From Naegleria gruberi (Eukaryota): DNA of 64,000 nt. The notes beneath the pieces were generated by a model. That model had not been told where the DNA came from. It saw only the letters and a program-made list of their open reading frames with translations, and did not search any database. Positions within the stretch are counted from its first letter, which is position 1. Each line of letters opens with the position of its first letter. Below, in pieces: positions 1 through 11,056 of the stretch. Where the stretch lies: assembly GCA_000004985.1 (NCBI GenBank), contig GG738913.1. The stretch is one strand, 5' to 3'. Both the position numbers and the translations under genes were made by a program.

Positions 1-1
1 A

Positions 2-418
2 GCATCAAGTGCTGCTAATAGCAACTCCGAAGGTACATCATCCCTTACTGGCGGATTATCAAATTTAACATTGAGCAATATTTCAAATACGACGAGGAAA
101 TTATTTTCTTTTGAAAGAAAGAGAAATATGTTCTTGATTGGTGTTTGGTGGCTCTTGTTGACCATCTTGTTTGAATTGTTTATTGGATGGATTAGAGGAG
201 TTGATGGATTGAGTGAATCAAAGGATTATTCTTGGTTATCTTACGTTTCTGTGATGAGATGGGCAAAGAGTCATGTTGTTATTTTGATTGTTGGTGTACA
301 ATTAATGTTCCCAATTCTTATCGGAACACTTGTTATGAGAATGGACGAAAAGGCAGAAATTGTGGACAGAGATTTGAATGAATTACAACATGCTGAACAA
401 GAAAAGAAAACCATGTAA
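2..418 (+). CDS. 3' end of a gene entering from the window edge. The frame is open from nt 2 and encodes a small hydrophobic, TM-rich tail.
   Basis: Frame 2 is open from the first base (ASSAANSNSEGTSSLTGGLSNLTLSNISNTTRK...) and continues into the listed ORF 71..418 with two hydrophobic helices. Stop TAA at 416-418. No recognisable domain. Confidence 0.35.
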   Translation, partial: ASSAANSNSEGTSSLTGGLSNLTLSNISNTTRKLFSFERKRNMFLIGVWWLLLTILFELFIGWIRGVDGLSESKDYSWLSYVSVMRWAKSHVVILIVGVQLMFPILIGTLVMRMDEKAEIVDRDLNELQHAEQEKKTM

Positions 419-523
419 ATAATTTGTAATATAGGATTAATTTTTATTCACTCAATAATCTATTATTATTACAAATTCTCTAAGAAGATTGGACAATCAT
501 TACAACAGGTGAAAGGATAAGAG

Positions 524-1219
524 TTATTTCTTTAAGGATGGAGAATTTGATGGCGTTCTAACCTTAAATCCTAACAATTCGGCAATTTTCACAACTGCCA
601 AAGGACTACTGTACACAGCACTGTTAACAACTGATGCAGGAATCCATCCATTGGCAGATGCTTGATTGGTGAATGAAACATGGAAGGTTTTTTCGCTCAA
701 CTTTTCAAATTTTCTCCATGCAAAAATGTTGGTCGAACGAACAGCACCTTTTTGGAACGAGAAATCTTTTGGAGTTTCGTACAAGTCGTCAACACTTGTT
801 GAAACGTGATTAAGAACATTTTCTTTGGTAAAGAATTTTTCCACACAAAGTAAATCTCTATCAGCAACAAAAGGAACACCTGCAGTATAACAAGTATATC
901 TAATCTTCCACAAATCTCCACTTTCGTCCTTCCATTCTTCCAAAGTATTCGATCTGATCGATCCTTTCTGCACATGATTCGTCTTTTCCAAATCATCAGT
1001 GGAGAAATAGTCCAACAATTGCTTGGCATCATCCATTCCCTCAACAATTACATCTCCCCTGATGATTGTATTGGCATCCCCCTTGTTATCATAAATATCC
1101 ATATTCTGTTTGGTGTGATGATAGTGCATTGCATCGAGGGATGACTTGTTCTGAGCCAATTCATAGGCAGTTTTCCACTTTTCAAGGATTTTCTTCTTTG
1201 ATTCTTCGGTGAGTGGCAT
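524..1219 (-). CDS. START / Bet v1-like lipid-transfer domain protein (231 aa), paralog of 8351..9067.
   Basis: Single-exon ORF. About 45% identity to the 8351..9067 product along the full length (shared YHHTKQ, TxxIRGDVIV, LEEWKD, WxICYxCxxAGxPFVxDRD, FQKGAVRxTNIF, NGWIPxxVVNSA, SNSPSLKK end). Overall pattern fits the StAR-related lipid-transfer fold. Confidence 0.55.
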   Translation of the reverse strand: MPLTEESKKKILEKWKTAYELAQNKSSLDAMHYHHTKQNMDIYDNKGDANTIIRGDVIVEGMDDAKQLLDYFSTDDLEKTNHVQKGSIRSNTLEEWKDESGDLWKIRYTCYTAGVPFVADRDLLCVEKFFTKENVLNHVSTSVDDLYETPKDFSFQKGAVRSTNIFAWRKFEKLSEKTFHVSFTNQASANGWIPASVVNSAVYSSPLAVVKIAELLGFKVRTPSNSPSLKK

Positions 1220-1411
1220 GGTGTTGGTTGTGAGCGGGTTTTTTTTGGTCTAGTTTTGAATTAATTGGATTCTCTTTGATCTTGTAAAAGGAGGAGTTGA
1301 ACAAGTCCTCAAGTTGAGTGTGTGGAGGACTTGATAATCCGCTAGATAAATAAACCGATTCGAAAGTTTACAATTATTTATTAGTTATGTAGAGCATGTC
1401 CACGAGACGAT

Positions 1412-3043
1412 CTATTGAATATCAATATAGGCATATTTCTTCTTCTTTCTTAAACAGAGCCAGAATCCAAGTGCAGTAAGCAAAACAGCCACCAGAACGA
1501 ATGCAGCAGCCAAACAAACTCCAATAATTACTGGAACTCTCCAATAAGGTTGAATAGAAGAGGAGAATTTGTAAGTTGAAATAGTATCATTTGAGGTTGT
1601 GTCAAAGAGGAATACCACTTGTTGGACATCACTTCCAATTTCTTTAGAAACTGCATCGCTGGAGCAGAATTTGATTGAATTGGATCCAACTTGAGCAATT
1701 TGCTTTTCAGTATAGCTTGATATTGTTGGAAGGGTTGGATTGTTAATATTGGACTTTTGTTGTAAAGCATAAATAGCTAATGGGCTACCAGAAACGGTGC
1801 CATCAAATGTAATGCAACTGTCATCGTGAGTTTGTGCAATCAAGTAAACTGGACTCGCAGAAGTAATAGATCCAGATAATTTGGTTCCATCAGCAAGTGT
1901 TGAAATGAATGGTTTTGGTGGAATTGTCTTTTTGATATTACCATAAACAATAATGAGAGAATTGTTAAAAAGGAGATTGTTTGACATATCACAAACCATC
2001 TGTCCATCATTATCAGATGATGGAATAATTGGTGAAATTACAGTTCCAAATTGATATCCACTTCCAATAGTACTTCCACAAGTTATTGAATTTGCTTGAA
2101 TTTTCACTTCGTTTCCATTAATATCCTTCATGTTATCAAATTGATACCAGAATGAGAATGTGCTTTCAAGTTTCTCCAAATAGTGAGCATCATAAAACAT
2201 GTAAGCTCTCAAAACAACAAGCTCATCTTGACTATTTTGATATCTAGTGTCAGCAATATCTTTTGGATTAACATTTGATGCAGGAGCCAGCTCAAATTGA
2301 GGAGATGCTGTTCCATCACAGATTGGTTGTTGTTTTGGGAATGCAAGAGTAATCACTCTATTCCATTGATTACCAGTTTGTAATGAGTAACTGGATGGAT
2401 AGGAAACATCAATCCACTCATTCAATGAAATTTCCTTTGGTTTTGGAGTATCGTTAGGTGAAACATCCAGATAAAATTCATTTCCACCTTCAGACAATGA
2501 AACTGCCTTTGCAAGATTCAATTCAAAACTCAATTTCCTGCAATTTCTTGTCAATTTTCCATATTCATCTCCTTGAACTGAAAGAACATGTTCCGCTTCG
2601 CCACTACCAATAATAGTTACATTCATTTGACTCACATCCCTATTGAAAATTCCATCCAATGTCATTATATCCACAAAAATCTTTTCTTGTCCAGTGAAAT
2701 TTGCATCAAATTTGAAATGTCTCAAATATGAAAATTTAGAAATTGAAAATGTAAAATTTGTATCATGATCGGTAGTAGTAGTAGGATATTCATAAAACAC
2801 TTTCATCAAATAAAAGGAAGGAAGTGGTTGATTGTAAACAAATGTAGCAGATTCCATTGTATTATTATTCAGAGGTAAACTATTCTGCTGATCAATTTGA
2901 TAGATCTTTCCCATCTCGGCAGCAATCTCCTCTCCGTTCGCCACCACCACCACAAACTGATGTGTAAAACTCAAAGCTAAAACCAAGACGCAAATCAACA
3001 AGTGGTGGGTACCAATTGCAATTCGGTGATGATGTTTACACAT
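1412..3043 (-). CDS. Type I membrane glycoprotein of unknown function, with a signal peptide, large N-glycosylated ectodomain, one C-terminal TM helix and a KKKK stop-transfer.
   Basis: The ORF track starts at 3175. The likely true start is the aaaaaaaATG at 3041-3043 (MCKHHHRIAIGTHHLLICVLVLALSFT, a signal peptide). Many NxS/T sites. C-terminal VPVIIGVCLAAAFVLVAVLLTALGFWLCLRKKKK. Confidence 0.5.
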   Translation of the reverse strand: MCKHHHRIAIGTHHLLICVLVLALSFTHQFVVVVANGEEIAAEMGKIYQIDQQNSLPLNNNTMESATFVYNQPLPSFYLMKVFYEYPTTTTDHDTNFTFSISKFSYLRHFKFDANFTGQEKIFVDIMTLDGIFNRDVSQMNVTIIGSGEAEHVLSVQGDEYGKLTRNCRKLSFELNLAKAVSLSEGGNEFYLDVSPNDTPKPKEISLNEWIDVSYPSSYSLQTGNQWNRVITLAFPKQQPICDGTASPQFELAPASNVNPKDIADTRYQNSQDELVVLRAYMFYDAHYLEKLESTFSFWYQFDNMKDINGNEVKIQANSITCGSTIGSGYQFGTVISPIIPSSDNDGQMVCDMSNNLLFNNSLIIVYGNIKKTIPPKPFISTLADGTKLSGSITSASPVYLIAQTHDDSCITFDGTVSGSPLAIYALQQKSNINNPTLPTISSYTEKQIAQVGSNSIKFCSSDAVSKEIGSDVQQVVFLFDTTSNDTISTYKFSSSIQPYWRVPVIIGVCLAAAFVLVAVLLTALGFWLCLRKKKKYAYIDIQ

Positions 3044-3177
3044 TTTTTTTAGATTGTGAAATCTTGCAATTCCGCGTGCTCCTAAAATTAACCCCGCCAT
3101 TAAGGGAGCATTATTCAGAATACTAACTCCTATTAATGGAAGGTAATTGGAAGATCCAACTTTGTACAACAACAATC

Positions 3178-4989
3178 TTATTTATTGTTGTTGTTGTGGA
3201 GAGGAATGCACTGACCGTTGTTGCTTACATTGAGTGTGTTGGAGAGGAGTGGAGTGCCAATCTTGTTGGAAAGTGATGCTTGTGAAATGGAGGTGTGGAT
3301 GTGGGTTCCCTTCACCATTTTGAGAATTACGAAAGTGTCATACTTCTCTGTTGTGGTTTGGTCGCCATCCAATAGTTCAGCAAGTCCATAATATTCTGCT
3401 TCCAATTTGAAAACAGCCCAATCATACATTTTCACGCTCACGTATCCAATTTGTAAGAATTGATAAATTAATTTGAAGAATTTTGATGGTCTATCCACCA
3501 AAAATCTACCCTGTTCATCCATTCCACAATAAGATTCCAATCTATAAATTCTCTTATCAAATCCAGCACGTGCCAAAACTGTTTCGCATACAGTTAATTG
3601 AGTATCTGAAAAGACCAATGTAAAATATCCATCAATCATTCTCTTAGGGCTTGTATTGCCAGTCTTATTGGCTGTTGCTTGTTGCTGCAAATTGTTAGAG
3701 GAAATTGAATTTCTCCTAGACATGGTTGGTATTTGAATCACTGCATTTTGATACTCTTGTGTACTTCTCAATTCTCTCAATCTCTCTACGAATCTTTGAG
3801 GTCTGTCACAAAGGCAAAAGTTGGAAGCAGACAATCTTTCCCAACTTTTCAAATGACTTCTAATGTGAGCATAGTGGAAAAAGTCTGATTTCTTAACTTC
3901 CAAAATCATAATCCACAAACTAGGTACATTGGTTGTTTTTTTGAATTCCAATCGATAATGGATAGCAACTCTTGGAGCTGGTGTAATTTGGAAATTTCTG
4001 ATACAATTGTCAAACATGAGTCTAATCTTGTCTCTTTGTTTTTCAGAGAGTTTCATTCCCATGACAACACCATCATCTCGAACACCAAAAATCAAAGCAC
4101 CTCCATTAGAGTTTAAATAAGCAATCAAATACTCAGTCATTCTTTCTCCTAATTTAGCATAATCTATAACACCTGATTCTGAATTTGTTGAACTAGTAGA
4201 AGTTGCAGTGGTTGTTGGTGAAATTACAAATTGAACATGTGAATGCTCACTCACTGGTGTTTTCTCCAATGAACCAATATTTTCTGCAATGAGCTCCTTT
4301 TCAAGTTTTTGTGATTCCTCCTTATTGGTCGTCTTGAAATTGATATAATCCGAAAAGATTGTCAATTTATAATCAAGTGTATTTCCTTCATCATAATTTA
4401 ATTGTGTTCCAACAGGAAAATCTACATTCTCAATAAAGAACCAATCTTGTTGTTGTTGCTGAGTTTGAATAGAAGGTGATGGTGATACAGTTTTTACAGT
4501 TTTAATATTTAAATTATCGGTATATATAGATAATTTGGAATTTCCTCTCGAACGACCATTATTACCACTATTATCATCATCATCATCATTATTCATATTA
4601 TCACTATTTATATTATTATTATTATTACTATTATTACTATTACTATTTAATATTGTTGTTGTTGTTGTATTATGATGCATGGAAGAGGCTGATGATGGAA
4701 AATCCTTCAGCGATGAAGAAAATGGTGAAGTAATCGATCCAGTCGAAGTATTCGTATGTAAATCATCAATATCCTCATCAAAGCCTACTTTTGTATGATG
4801 ATGAGTAGTAGAAGCACCAACAACACCACTGGGAATATTAGAATTACTATTACTTTCATTGGAAAAGTAGGACCAATTAGAGTTTGTTGTTAAACTCGAA
4901 TGTTGTTCAAAATCTTCATCATCAATAATATCAGAATTGGATGATTTGTTGGTTTTTTCCTGTGGGGAAGTAGGTGGAGATTGTAACAT
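3178..4989 (-). CDS. Protein with an AlbA_2/Schlafen-type domain and a C-terminal BTB_2 (KCTD, K+-channel tetramerisation-type) domain. Long poly-N/S/T low-complexity N-terminus.
   Basis: Single ORF of 603 aa. The central segment VIDYAKLGERMTEYLIAYLNSNGGALIFGVRDDGVVMGMKL matches the Schlafen/AlbA_2 'divergent AAA' core. C-terminal GYFTLVFSDTQLTVCETVLARAGFDKRIYRLESYCGMDEQGRFLVDRPSKFFKLIYQFLQIGYVSV matches BTB_2. Confidence 0.5.
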   Translation of the reverse strand: MLQSPPTSPQEKTNKSSNSDIIDDEDFEQHSSLTTNSNWSYFSNESNSNSNIPSGVVGASTTHHHTKVGFDEDIDDLHTNTSTGSITSPFSSSLKDFPSSASSMHHNTTTTTILNSNSNNSNNNNNINSDNMNNDDDDDNSGNNGRSRGNSKLSIYTDNLNIKTVKTVSPSPSIQTQQQQQDWFFIENVDFPVGTQLNYDEGNTLDYKLTIFSDYINFKTTNKEESQKLEKELIAENIGSLEKTPVSEHSHVQFVISPTTTATSTSSTNSESGVIDYAKLGERMTEYLIAYLNSNGGALIFGVRDDGVVMGMKLSEKQRDKIRLMFDNCIRNFQITPAPRVAIHYRLEFKKTTNVPSLWIMILEVKKSDFFHYAHIRSHLKSWERLSASNFCLCDRPQRFVERLRELRSTQEYQNAVIQIPTMSRRNSISSNNLQQQATANKTGNTSPKRMIDGYFTLVFSDTQLTVCETVLARAGFDKRIYRLESYCGMDEQGRFLVDRPSKFFKLIYQFLQIGYVSVKMYDWAVFKLEAEYYGLAELLDGDQTTTEKYDTFVILKMVKGTHIHTSISQASLSNKIGTPLLSNTLNVSNNGQCIPLHNNNNK

Positions 4990-5351
4990 GATGATGAATG
5001 AATTGTTTGATATATTCCTTTCTCTACTTTGATGATGAAAATTAATATATTTAATATTTAATTATATTGAGCGGAGTATGATGATGATGGCGGATAATGA
5101 AAATTTAAAATTCTTGATGAATTTTCTTGTCGGTATTTTTTCAAAGTTATTTGATTGTTGTTGAATGGGAACCAAAAAAAGGTCTTTTTCATTATCTATT
5201 TAAACTATTTAATATTATTTACTGTATAATATTAAATAGTATTACAATAAATATTACAATAAAATTGAAAAATACAAGATTCGGATGGTTGATCATGTTG
5301 TGAAAAGATATTTTGAGCATCACGGGTCAATAAATCTCAGAACAGTTTTTA

Positions 5352-8267
5352 ATGACCACGTCAGATTTCACACATCAAAAAAAATTAATAGACATGAAGA
5401 GGGGAGGATTGTTTTCGACTATTCCCTCAGTCAATACAAACACCAACAACAATACAACATCATCTTCATCTGCTCTCTATCAAAGATCCTCAATTTCGAA
5501 TAACAATTCGAATAATTTAAATGATAGAATTTCTTCACCTTCCGATAATTCGAATTTTCGACCAATTTCCACTTCTGTTGGTCAACAGCCTTTCAAGTTT
5601 AATCCATCACCAGTTTCGTCTCCAACTTCAACCTTTCCAACAACTAATTTTACTGGAAATCGGTTAAATATTTCCTTGACACATCAAGAACGAAATTCTA
5701 ATAGTAGTGGAGTTTCGTCTGGTGTTTCTTCCTCCTCTTCAATTTTACCACTAGTTTCGAATAACCCTTCTTCCATCAATAGAAAGAATGTCAACATTCC
5801 AATGAATTTTTCTCCAATTAGAGGAGCCAATAGTTTATTCCGAAAGAGTTGGAGAAATTCCAGTGGAGGTTTCTGCTGTAATTTATCCTATTTCGTATTG
5901 GGAATTATTTTCTTCATTTCCTTTCTGACTTTTATTGTTTTTGTTTATTATTCAATGAAAAAATCAAATTCTGCATCAAATTCTTTAAATTCAGGAAATT
6001 CACTTGGAGGAGATGGAATGAATACGAAACATTCCGAATCTACATTGATTCTGTCAACTGTTCAGGATTTTTTCACACGTTTGAGGACTAAGAATGATCA
6101 TAGATTGAAAAATGTGCCACTCGAGGAAGGATACAGTCAATTGTTTGAACACGAAAAGGCAGATCAGGAAACTTTGGAAAGGGCAAGTGACAAGCTCACT
6201 AAAGAAATGAAAGAGGAAATGTTAAAAGTGAAGGAATTTTATAAAAAGACTCCAATCAGTAAGGTATTTGTGGCAGTTGTGAATGATCACTCTCAAGTGA
6301 TGAGTGCTCTGATTGTGGCCAAACAGGAAAGACTTGTGCCATCCCACTTGTCTTTGCCAATTCTTCATGTGGATTCTCATTCAGGTCACAAAATAATTCA
6401 ACACTCAAAGAGTTTGCCAGTTTTGGATTTGAAAAAGAAGAAATCAATTACAGCAATTGAAAAGATGACTGATATCAATAATTTCATTTCCACAAGTCAA
6501 TATTATGATTTATTGGGAGGACACGTTGTTTGGGTTCACAATGATTGGGAAGGATCTCATTTTGCAATGCCAAGAGGTAGACATACAGCAGTTCTTGCCA
6601 AGAGATCCAATGCTAAAAAGGGAAAACCAAAGATTTGCTACAAGAATATGCGTGGAATTTTCTGGGATGGAACTGTCAGTGATTTGACATTTGAAACCAT
6701 GGTAGATGAGAATGGCAAGATTTACAAGAATGAAAAGGCAGTTTGCACAAAATCTGAAAAATTGAAAAAGCAAAAACATGTCAGATGGGATGTTTATTCG
6801 ATGGATCAAATTTCTCGATTGAATCATCAAATTTTCAACAATACTCCATATATTTTACATTTGAATGAGGATTTTTTCACTAGCACAGATCCAACGCTTG
6901 CTAGTTTACTTCCAAGGGATGAATTTGGACACTTGTTTGATATGTTAGCTAATCTCCTCTCTCCAAGTAAGATTTGCTATTCAAAGCCAATTAAAATTCC
7001 AACTAAGGAAGGAGTGGATAAGGTCTGGACCAATGAGGAACACAATAGAGAGTGGATTTCAAAGATTATCGATGAGCTCTTCTTTAAGGGATTAATTTTT
7101 GAAAAGGAGGGTACCAGAGCTCCTAGATATACATTCTATTCACCAGAAGTTTTGGAAATGTGGTGTGGTGGACCAAAAGTAGCTCTGGAAGAATTGAAAA
7201 AGATTAACAAGTTGGTTCTCATCATGTTGGACAATATTCCATTCTATACTCTCTCATTATTGAGATATGAATATGATTTTCCAACTATTCACCAAGTTTG
7301 CAATGTGAACAATTTATTTGGAGTTTGTCCTTCTGTTAGGGTAAGTTTACTTTCTAATAATTTTTCCATTAAAGACTTTTGGAACGTGTAGAGCCCAGCT
7401 CATGAATCAACTGATGTGCAAGTTACCAGAGTTTCAGATTCTTTGAAGAATGTTATCAAGAGAGAAGGTTTACCTGCCTTGATTATTCTTTCCAGAGCTA
7501 ATAGAGAGGGATTCGTCAGTGCTGATAAATTATACAAGATTGAACATTCAGCTCTCAAAGCCATTGAAAAAGGACTCTCTGCTCCAATCTTGCTTCACTA
7601 TTTGGATGGTGCCAAACCACTTTCAGAAGCACAAGAATCAAACAATCAATTGGAACAAGAATATTCCATTTTGCAACACGTTGTCGAGCAAGATATGGAT
7701 GATTTGAGCGTCTATGCACCACTCATGACTGATAGAATTGAAAAATTCAAACAAATGAAGAAATTCATCAAGTACAAGGAACTGAGAGTGATGGAATTAT
7801 TCTATGAAGGTCAAGAATTATTGAAAGAATTTGTCAATCAAGTGGAAGAAAACTTGAGATTTGAAACCCCAATTGTCAAGACTCCATATCAATCTCCAAA
7901 GACTCGTATCAAGATTTGCATCAATATGATTGGTGTTTCCAAATTAATTCCACCTTATTTGAAGTGTGTGATTCAAAGAATGAGACAAGAGAAGAGAATT
8001 AATTTCCTAATCAGTGAAAAATTAGTAGAAACTGCAGGAGAATTCAGACAAATCATCACCTCAGATATTCAAATTGCCAAAATCAGTAATCAAGTGAAGG
8101 AGGACAAGTTTATTTTATTGATGGATATAGGATGTGACAATATTCACAAAGTTTTAGTTCAAACCGAAAGAGGACTCAACAAGTATTTCAGTTCCATGCA
8201 AACCAATGTGGATGGTAAATTAATTCATGACATTATGCAAACTCATTCCAAGAGTTGTAGAAAATAA
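5352..8267 (+). CDS. Type II membrane protein of about 950 aa, function unknown. Two exons joined by a 51-nt intron at 7341..7391.
   Basis: ORFs 5352..7391 and 7416..8267 are in the same frame, separated only by TAG at 7389-7391. The GTAAGT at 7341 and the AG at 7390-7391 remove exactly 51 nt including that stop. aaATG start at 5352. One TM helix (FVLGIIFFISFLTFIVFVYY) after a Ser/Asn-rich N-terminus. Confidence 0.5.
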
Positions 8268-8350
8268 CGAATTGAAATCAATCAATATACAATTATGGAG
8301 TTTAATATAATTTATTCGAAATATATTTACAAAAATATATAAAGCAACAA

Positions 8351-9067
8351 TTACTTCTTCAAAGATGGTGAATTAGTTGGCACTCTGACCTTCTTTCCTA
8401 AAAAATCAGCAACTTTGACCATAGTTAATGGAACTGGATAAATTGCTGAATTGACAACTGCTACTGGAATCCATCCATTAGGTTTTGCTTGATTGGCATA
8501 GGTCACTAAATATGATTTTTCTGAGATTTTCTCATAACGTTGAGCAACGAAAATGTTTGTAGCTCTGACAGCTCCCTTTTGTGGTTTGAAATCTGAAGGA
8601 GGTTCATAAATTTCATCACAACTGGTTGACACAAAGTAATCAACATTATCCCTCGTAAAGAATTTGACAACATAAATGAAATCTCTATCAGAAACAAATG
8701 GAGCTCCAGCAGAAATGCAATAATAACAAATTCTCCACTTGGATCCATCATCATCTTTCCATTCTTCCAATAAATCAACTCTCTTTGAATTGGGATCCAA
8801 TTTTGTGGCAATATTCATGTCCAAAGAAGTGAAATATTCAATAAATTCGTTTGAATTTTCCAAATCATCAACAATGACATCTCCTCTAATGACTGTAGTT
8901 GAATCCCCCTTCAATTCATAAACATCAACCAATTGTTTAGTGTGATGATATTTCATTTCACCATTTTCGCTATCGATGGCTTTTTGGCTGGTCAATTTAT
9001 CAGCAATTTCAAAAGCTTGTTGCCATTTTTCAACGACTTTTTGTTTGATCGACTCGGAGAGAACCAT
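8351..9067 (-). CDS. START / Bet v1-like lipid-transfer domain protein (238 aa), paralog of 524..1219.
   Basis: See 524..1219. Same orientation, about 7 kb apart, identical C-terminal SNSPSLKK. Confidence 0.55.
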   Translation of the reverse strand: MVLSESIKQKVVEKWQQAFEIADKLTSQKAIDSENGEMKYHHTKQLVDVYELKGDSTTVIRGDVIVDDLENSNEFIEYFTSLDMNIATKLDPNSKRVDLLEEWKDDDGSKWRICYYCISAGAPFVSDRDFIYVVKFFTRDNVDYFVSTSCDEIYEPPSDFKPQKGAVRATNIFVAQRYEKISEKSYLVTYANQAKPNGWIPVAVVNSAIYPVPLTMVKVADFLGKKVRVPTNSPSLKK

Positions 9068-9304
9068 TTTCTATTTCTGCACGTGATGAGTTATTGGAGG
9101 TGAATTAGGAATCAGCAAGGGAGCGGTTGATTTGTTTTTCCTATTTTTTTTTAAATTTTTTTTATTTCAGATTGGTGATTGAGAATCATCAATTACCAAT
9201 TCATTATGACTTGTCGCATCAGTCGCAATATCAAGCAGAGGACTAGGAGCAGTTCCTCCCCTTTATGGAATATAAATGGTTATGGATGACGATTTCTGAA
9301 ATCA

Positions 9305-9386
9305 AATTTATGTTTCATAATAGCATTGAATGAATGCATCAAAATCCGTGTTTCCATACATTGGAATATTATGAAACATAAATTTG
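9305..9386. repeat. Perfect 18-19 nt inverted repeat (aaatttatgtttcataata ... tattatgaaacataaattt) with an approximately 45-nt spacer, in an intergenic region.
   Basis: Read directly. The arms lie at about 9305-9323 and 9368-9386 and are reverse complements of each other. Confidence 0.4.
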
Positions 9387-9847
9387 ACATTTCCACAAGC
9401 ACTCATTCTTGAATGTTTTCCTCGATGATGACAATTTTACAATTCCCTTCTTTTCTGAACATTTAATTGACGGAGGTGATTTTGCATTTCTTACAAATCT
9501 TGTTTCATTCAATTTTAAATATGAACATTCCACAACTGCTGTTTGGGTTACTCATGGAGTGTTAGATCTGAATTGAACATTATCCAAACAATATTTCACT
9601 TTTTTCGAAGTAAGACAAGTGTCCTTTCTTAATCAATATTTAATTTATTAAATTGAAATATTTTCAACAACATGCATTATGAAAAAATCAGTTTAATGAA
9701 TTCCAATTTCGGGCGTTTCAGCAAATAATCTCTAGTTTATTTAAACAATAATTGGACTAATTCATTCTGACTTGAAGAGGATCAAAACTCTCATATATTA
9801 ATTTCGATCAAATTGATTTAATCACATATAATTCGATGGACTAATCA

Positions 9848-11056
9848 TTAAAGATTTAGAATCACATCGATATCTTGATATATTTCCCTAATATGTTGTT
9901 TTACTTCAACACTTACATCATTATCACAAAGATAAAGATATTCTAATTCTTTCATAGTTGAAATATGTTTAGCTCCTTCATTGCCTAATGAATTCGTGTG
10001 AATTTCGAGTTCAGTTAGTTGATTCATTTGACTAATATATTTGGCTCCTTCAGCATCAACATTATTACCGCTTATATCCAGCAGGTTTAAATTTTGCAGT
10101 TGACTAATGTATTTACATGCGTTAGTCTGAATAGAATTATCTTCAATGTAAAGTTCTGTTAATTGATTCAATTGACCAAAGTTTTCAAAATTTACTCGAT
10201 CAGTAATCTCATTCGAGCCAATATTTAAAATTGTGAGCTGTTTCATTTCGCTTATATATTTAGCTCCTTCATCTCCAATAAAATTGTCATTAATATTAAG
10301 ATTGATCAACTGCTTCATTTCACTTATATGTTTAGCTCCTTCAGCACCAAATTCATTTCTAACAGTTTCAAGTTCTGTTAAATTGGTCAGTTTAATCAAG
10401 TGCGCAGCTCCTTCCTCATCAATATTGTTTGATGATATCACAAGACTCGTTAGTTGTTTCAGTTCACTAATATATAGAGCTCCATTACTTCTAATATCAT
10501 TCTTACTGATATCAAGATACGTTAATTTCTCTAGTTTACCTATATATTTTGCTCCTTCTTCCTCAATGTTGTTTGAACTAATATTAAGAAGTGTCAACTG
10601 TTTCAATGCACTAATGTGTTTGGCTCCATCGTTTTCAATATTGTTCCTACTAATGTACAGTGTAGTTAATGATTTACTCATCAAGTCAAATACTCCACAA
10701 TTAAACACAACACCTTTGATCCGAAAGTTCACTGACAATGTTTCAATATTTTGTAAAAATTCACCATTCAATTTCACATTGTTTTTACATTTCATATGTA
10801 ATTTCAATCTTTCCAAAATGACATTCAACCACTGTTTTGAAACCAATGCACAATTCATCACAATAAATTTAAAATTACCGGAATAATAATGTAAAACTTC
10901 ATAAATTACATCATCGGGAAGGATGTAATTTTGTTCTTTTAATTTTTTCTTTTTTAATTCTGATTCGGAATTATTTAGCTGATCATTAATAGCATCATCA
11001 TTGTTGAATATTGATTGATCCGACAAGTAACAACCTTCTCTTGCTCGTTTGCTCAT
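9848..11056 (-). CDS. F-box-like / leucine-rich-repeat protein with RNI-type LRRs.
   Basis: At least 10 tandem 24-aa repeats of the form LxxLxxLxIsxNxIxxEGAKxIS. The N-terminal LPDDVIYEVLHYY...VSKQWLNVI is F-box-like. The probable start is the A-rich-context ATG at 11054-11056 (MSKRAREG) rather than the ORF-track start at 11128. Confidence 0.55.
   Translation of the reverse strand: MSKRAREGCYLSDQSIFNNDDAINDQLNNSESELKKKKLKEQNYILPDDVIYEVLHYYSGNFKFIVMNCALVSKQWLNVILERLKLHMKCKNNVKLNGEFLQNIETLSVNFRIKGVVFNCGVFDLMSKSLTTLYISRNNIENDGAKHISALKQLTLLNISSNNIEEEGAKYIGKLEKLTYLDISKNDIRSNGALYISELKQLTSLVISSNNIDEEGAAHLIKLTNLTELETVRNEFGAEGAKHISEMKQLINLNINDNFIGDEGAKYISEMKQLTILNIGSNEITDRVNFENFGQLNQLTELYIEDNSIQTNACKYISQLQNLNLLDISGNNVDAEGAKYISQMNQLTELEIHTNSLGNEGAKHISTMKELEYLYLCDNDVSVEVKQHIREIYQDIDVILNL

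Noticed and set aside
697-1047. Antisense or alternative-frame ORFs nested in larger genes, e.g. 697..1047, 1528..1770, 6256..6447, 6510..6830, 8506..8811, 10233..10886, 12319..12588, 20513..20731, 21389..21676, 23789..24031, 33361..33669, 48070..48372, 52338..52586, 55474..55677
   Set aside because: They are shorter than the overlapping ORF, lack A-rich ATG contexts and have low-complexity or implausible composition. They are chance ORFs in AT-rich sequence. The overlapping long ORFs carry recognisable domains.
7416-8267. Separate gene starting with GTG at 7416
   Set aside because: It is in the same frame as 5352..7391 and separated only by a stop that sits inside a 51-nt GTAAGT..TAG intron. 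I treated it as exon 2 of one gene.
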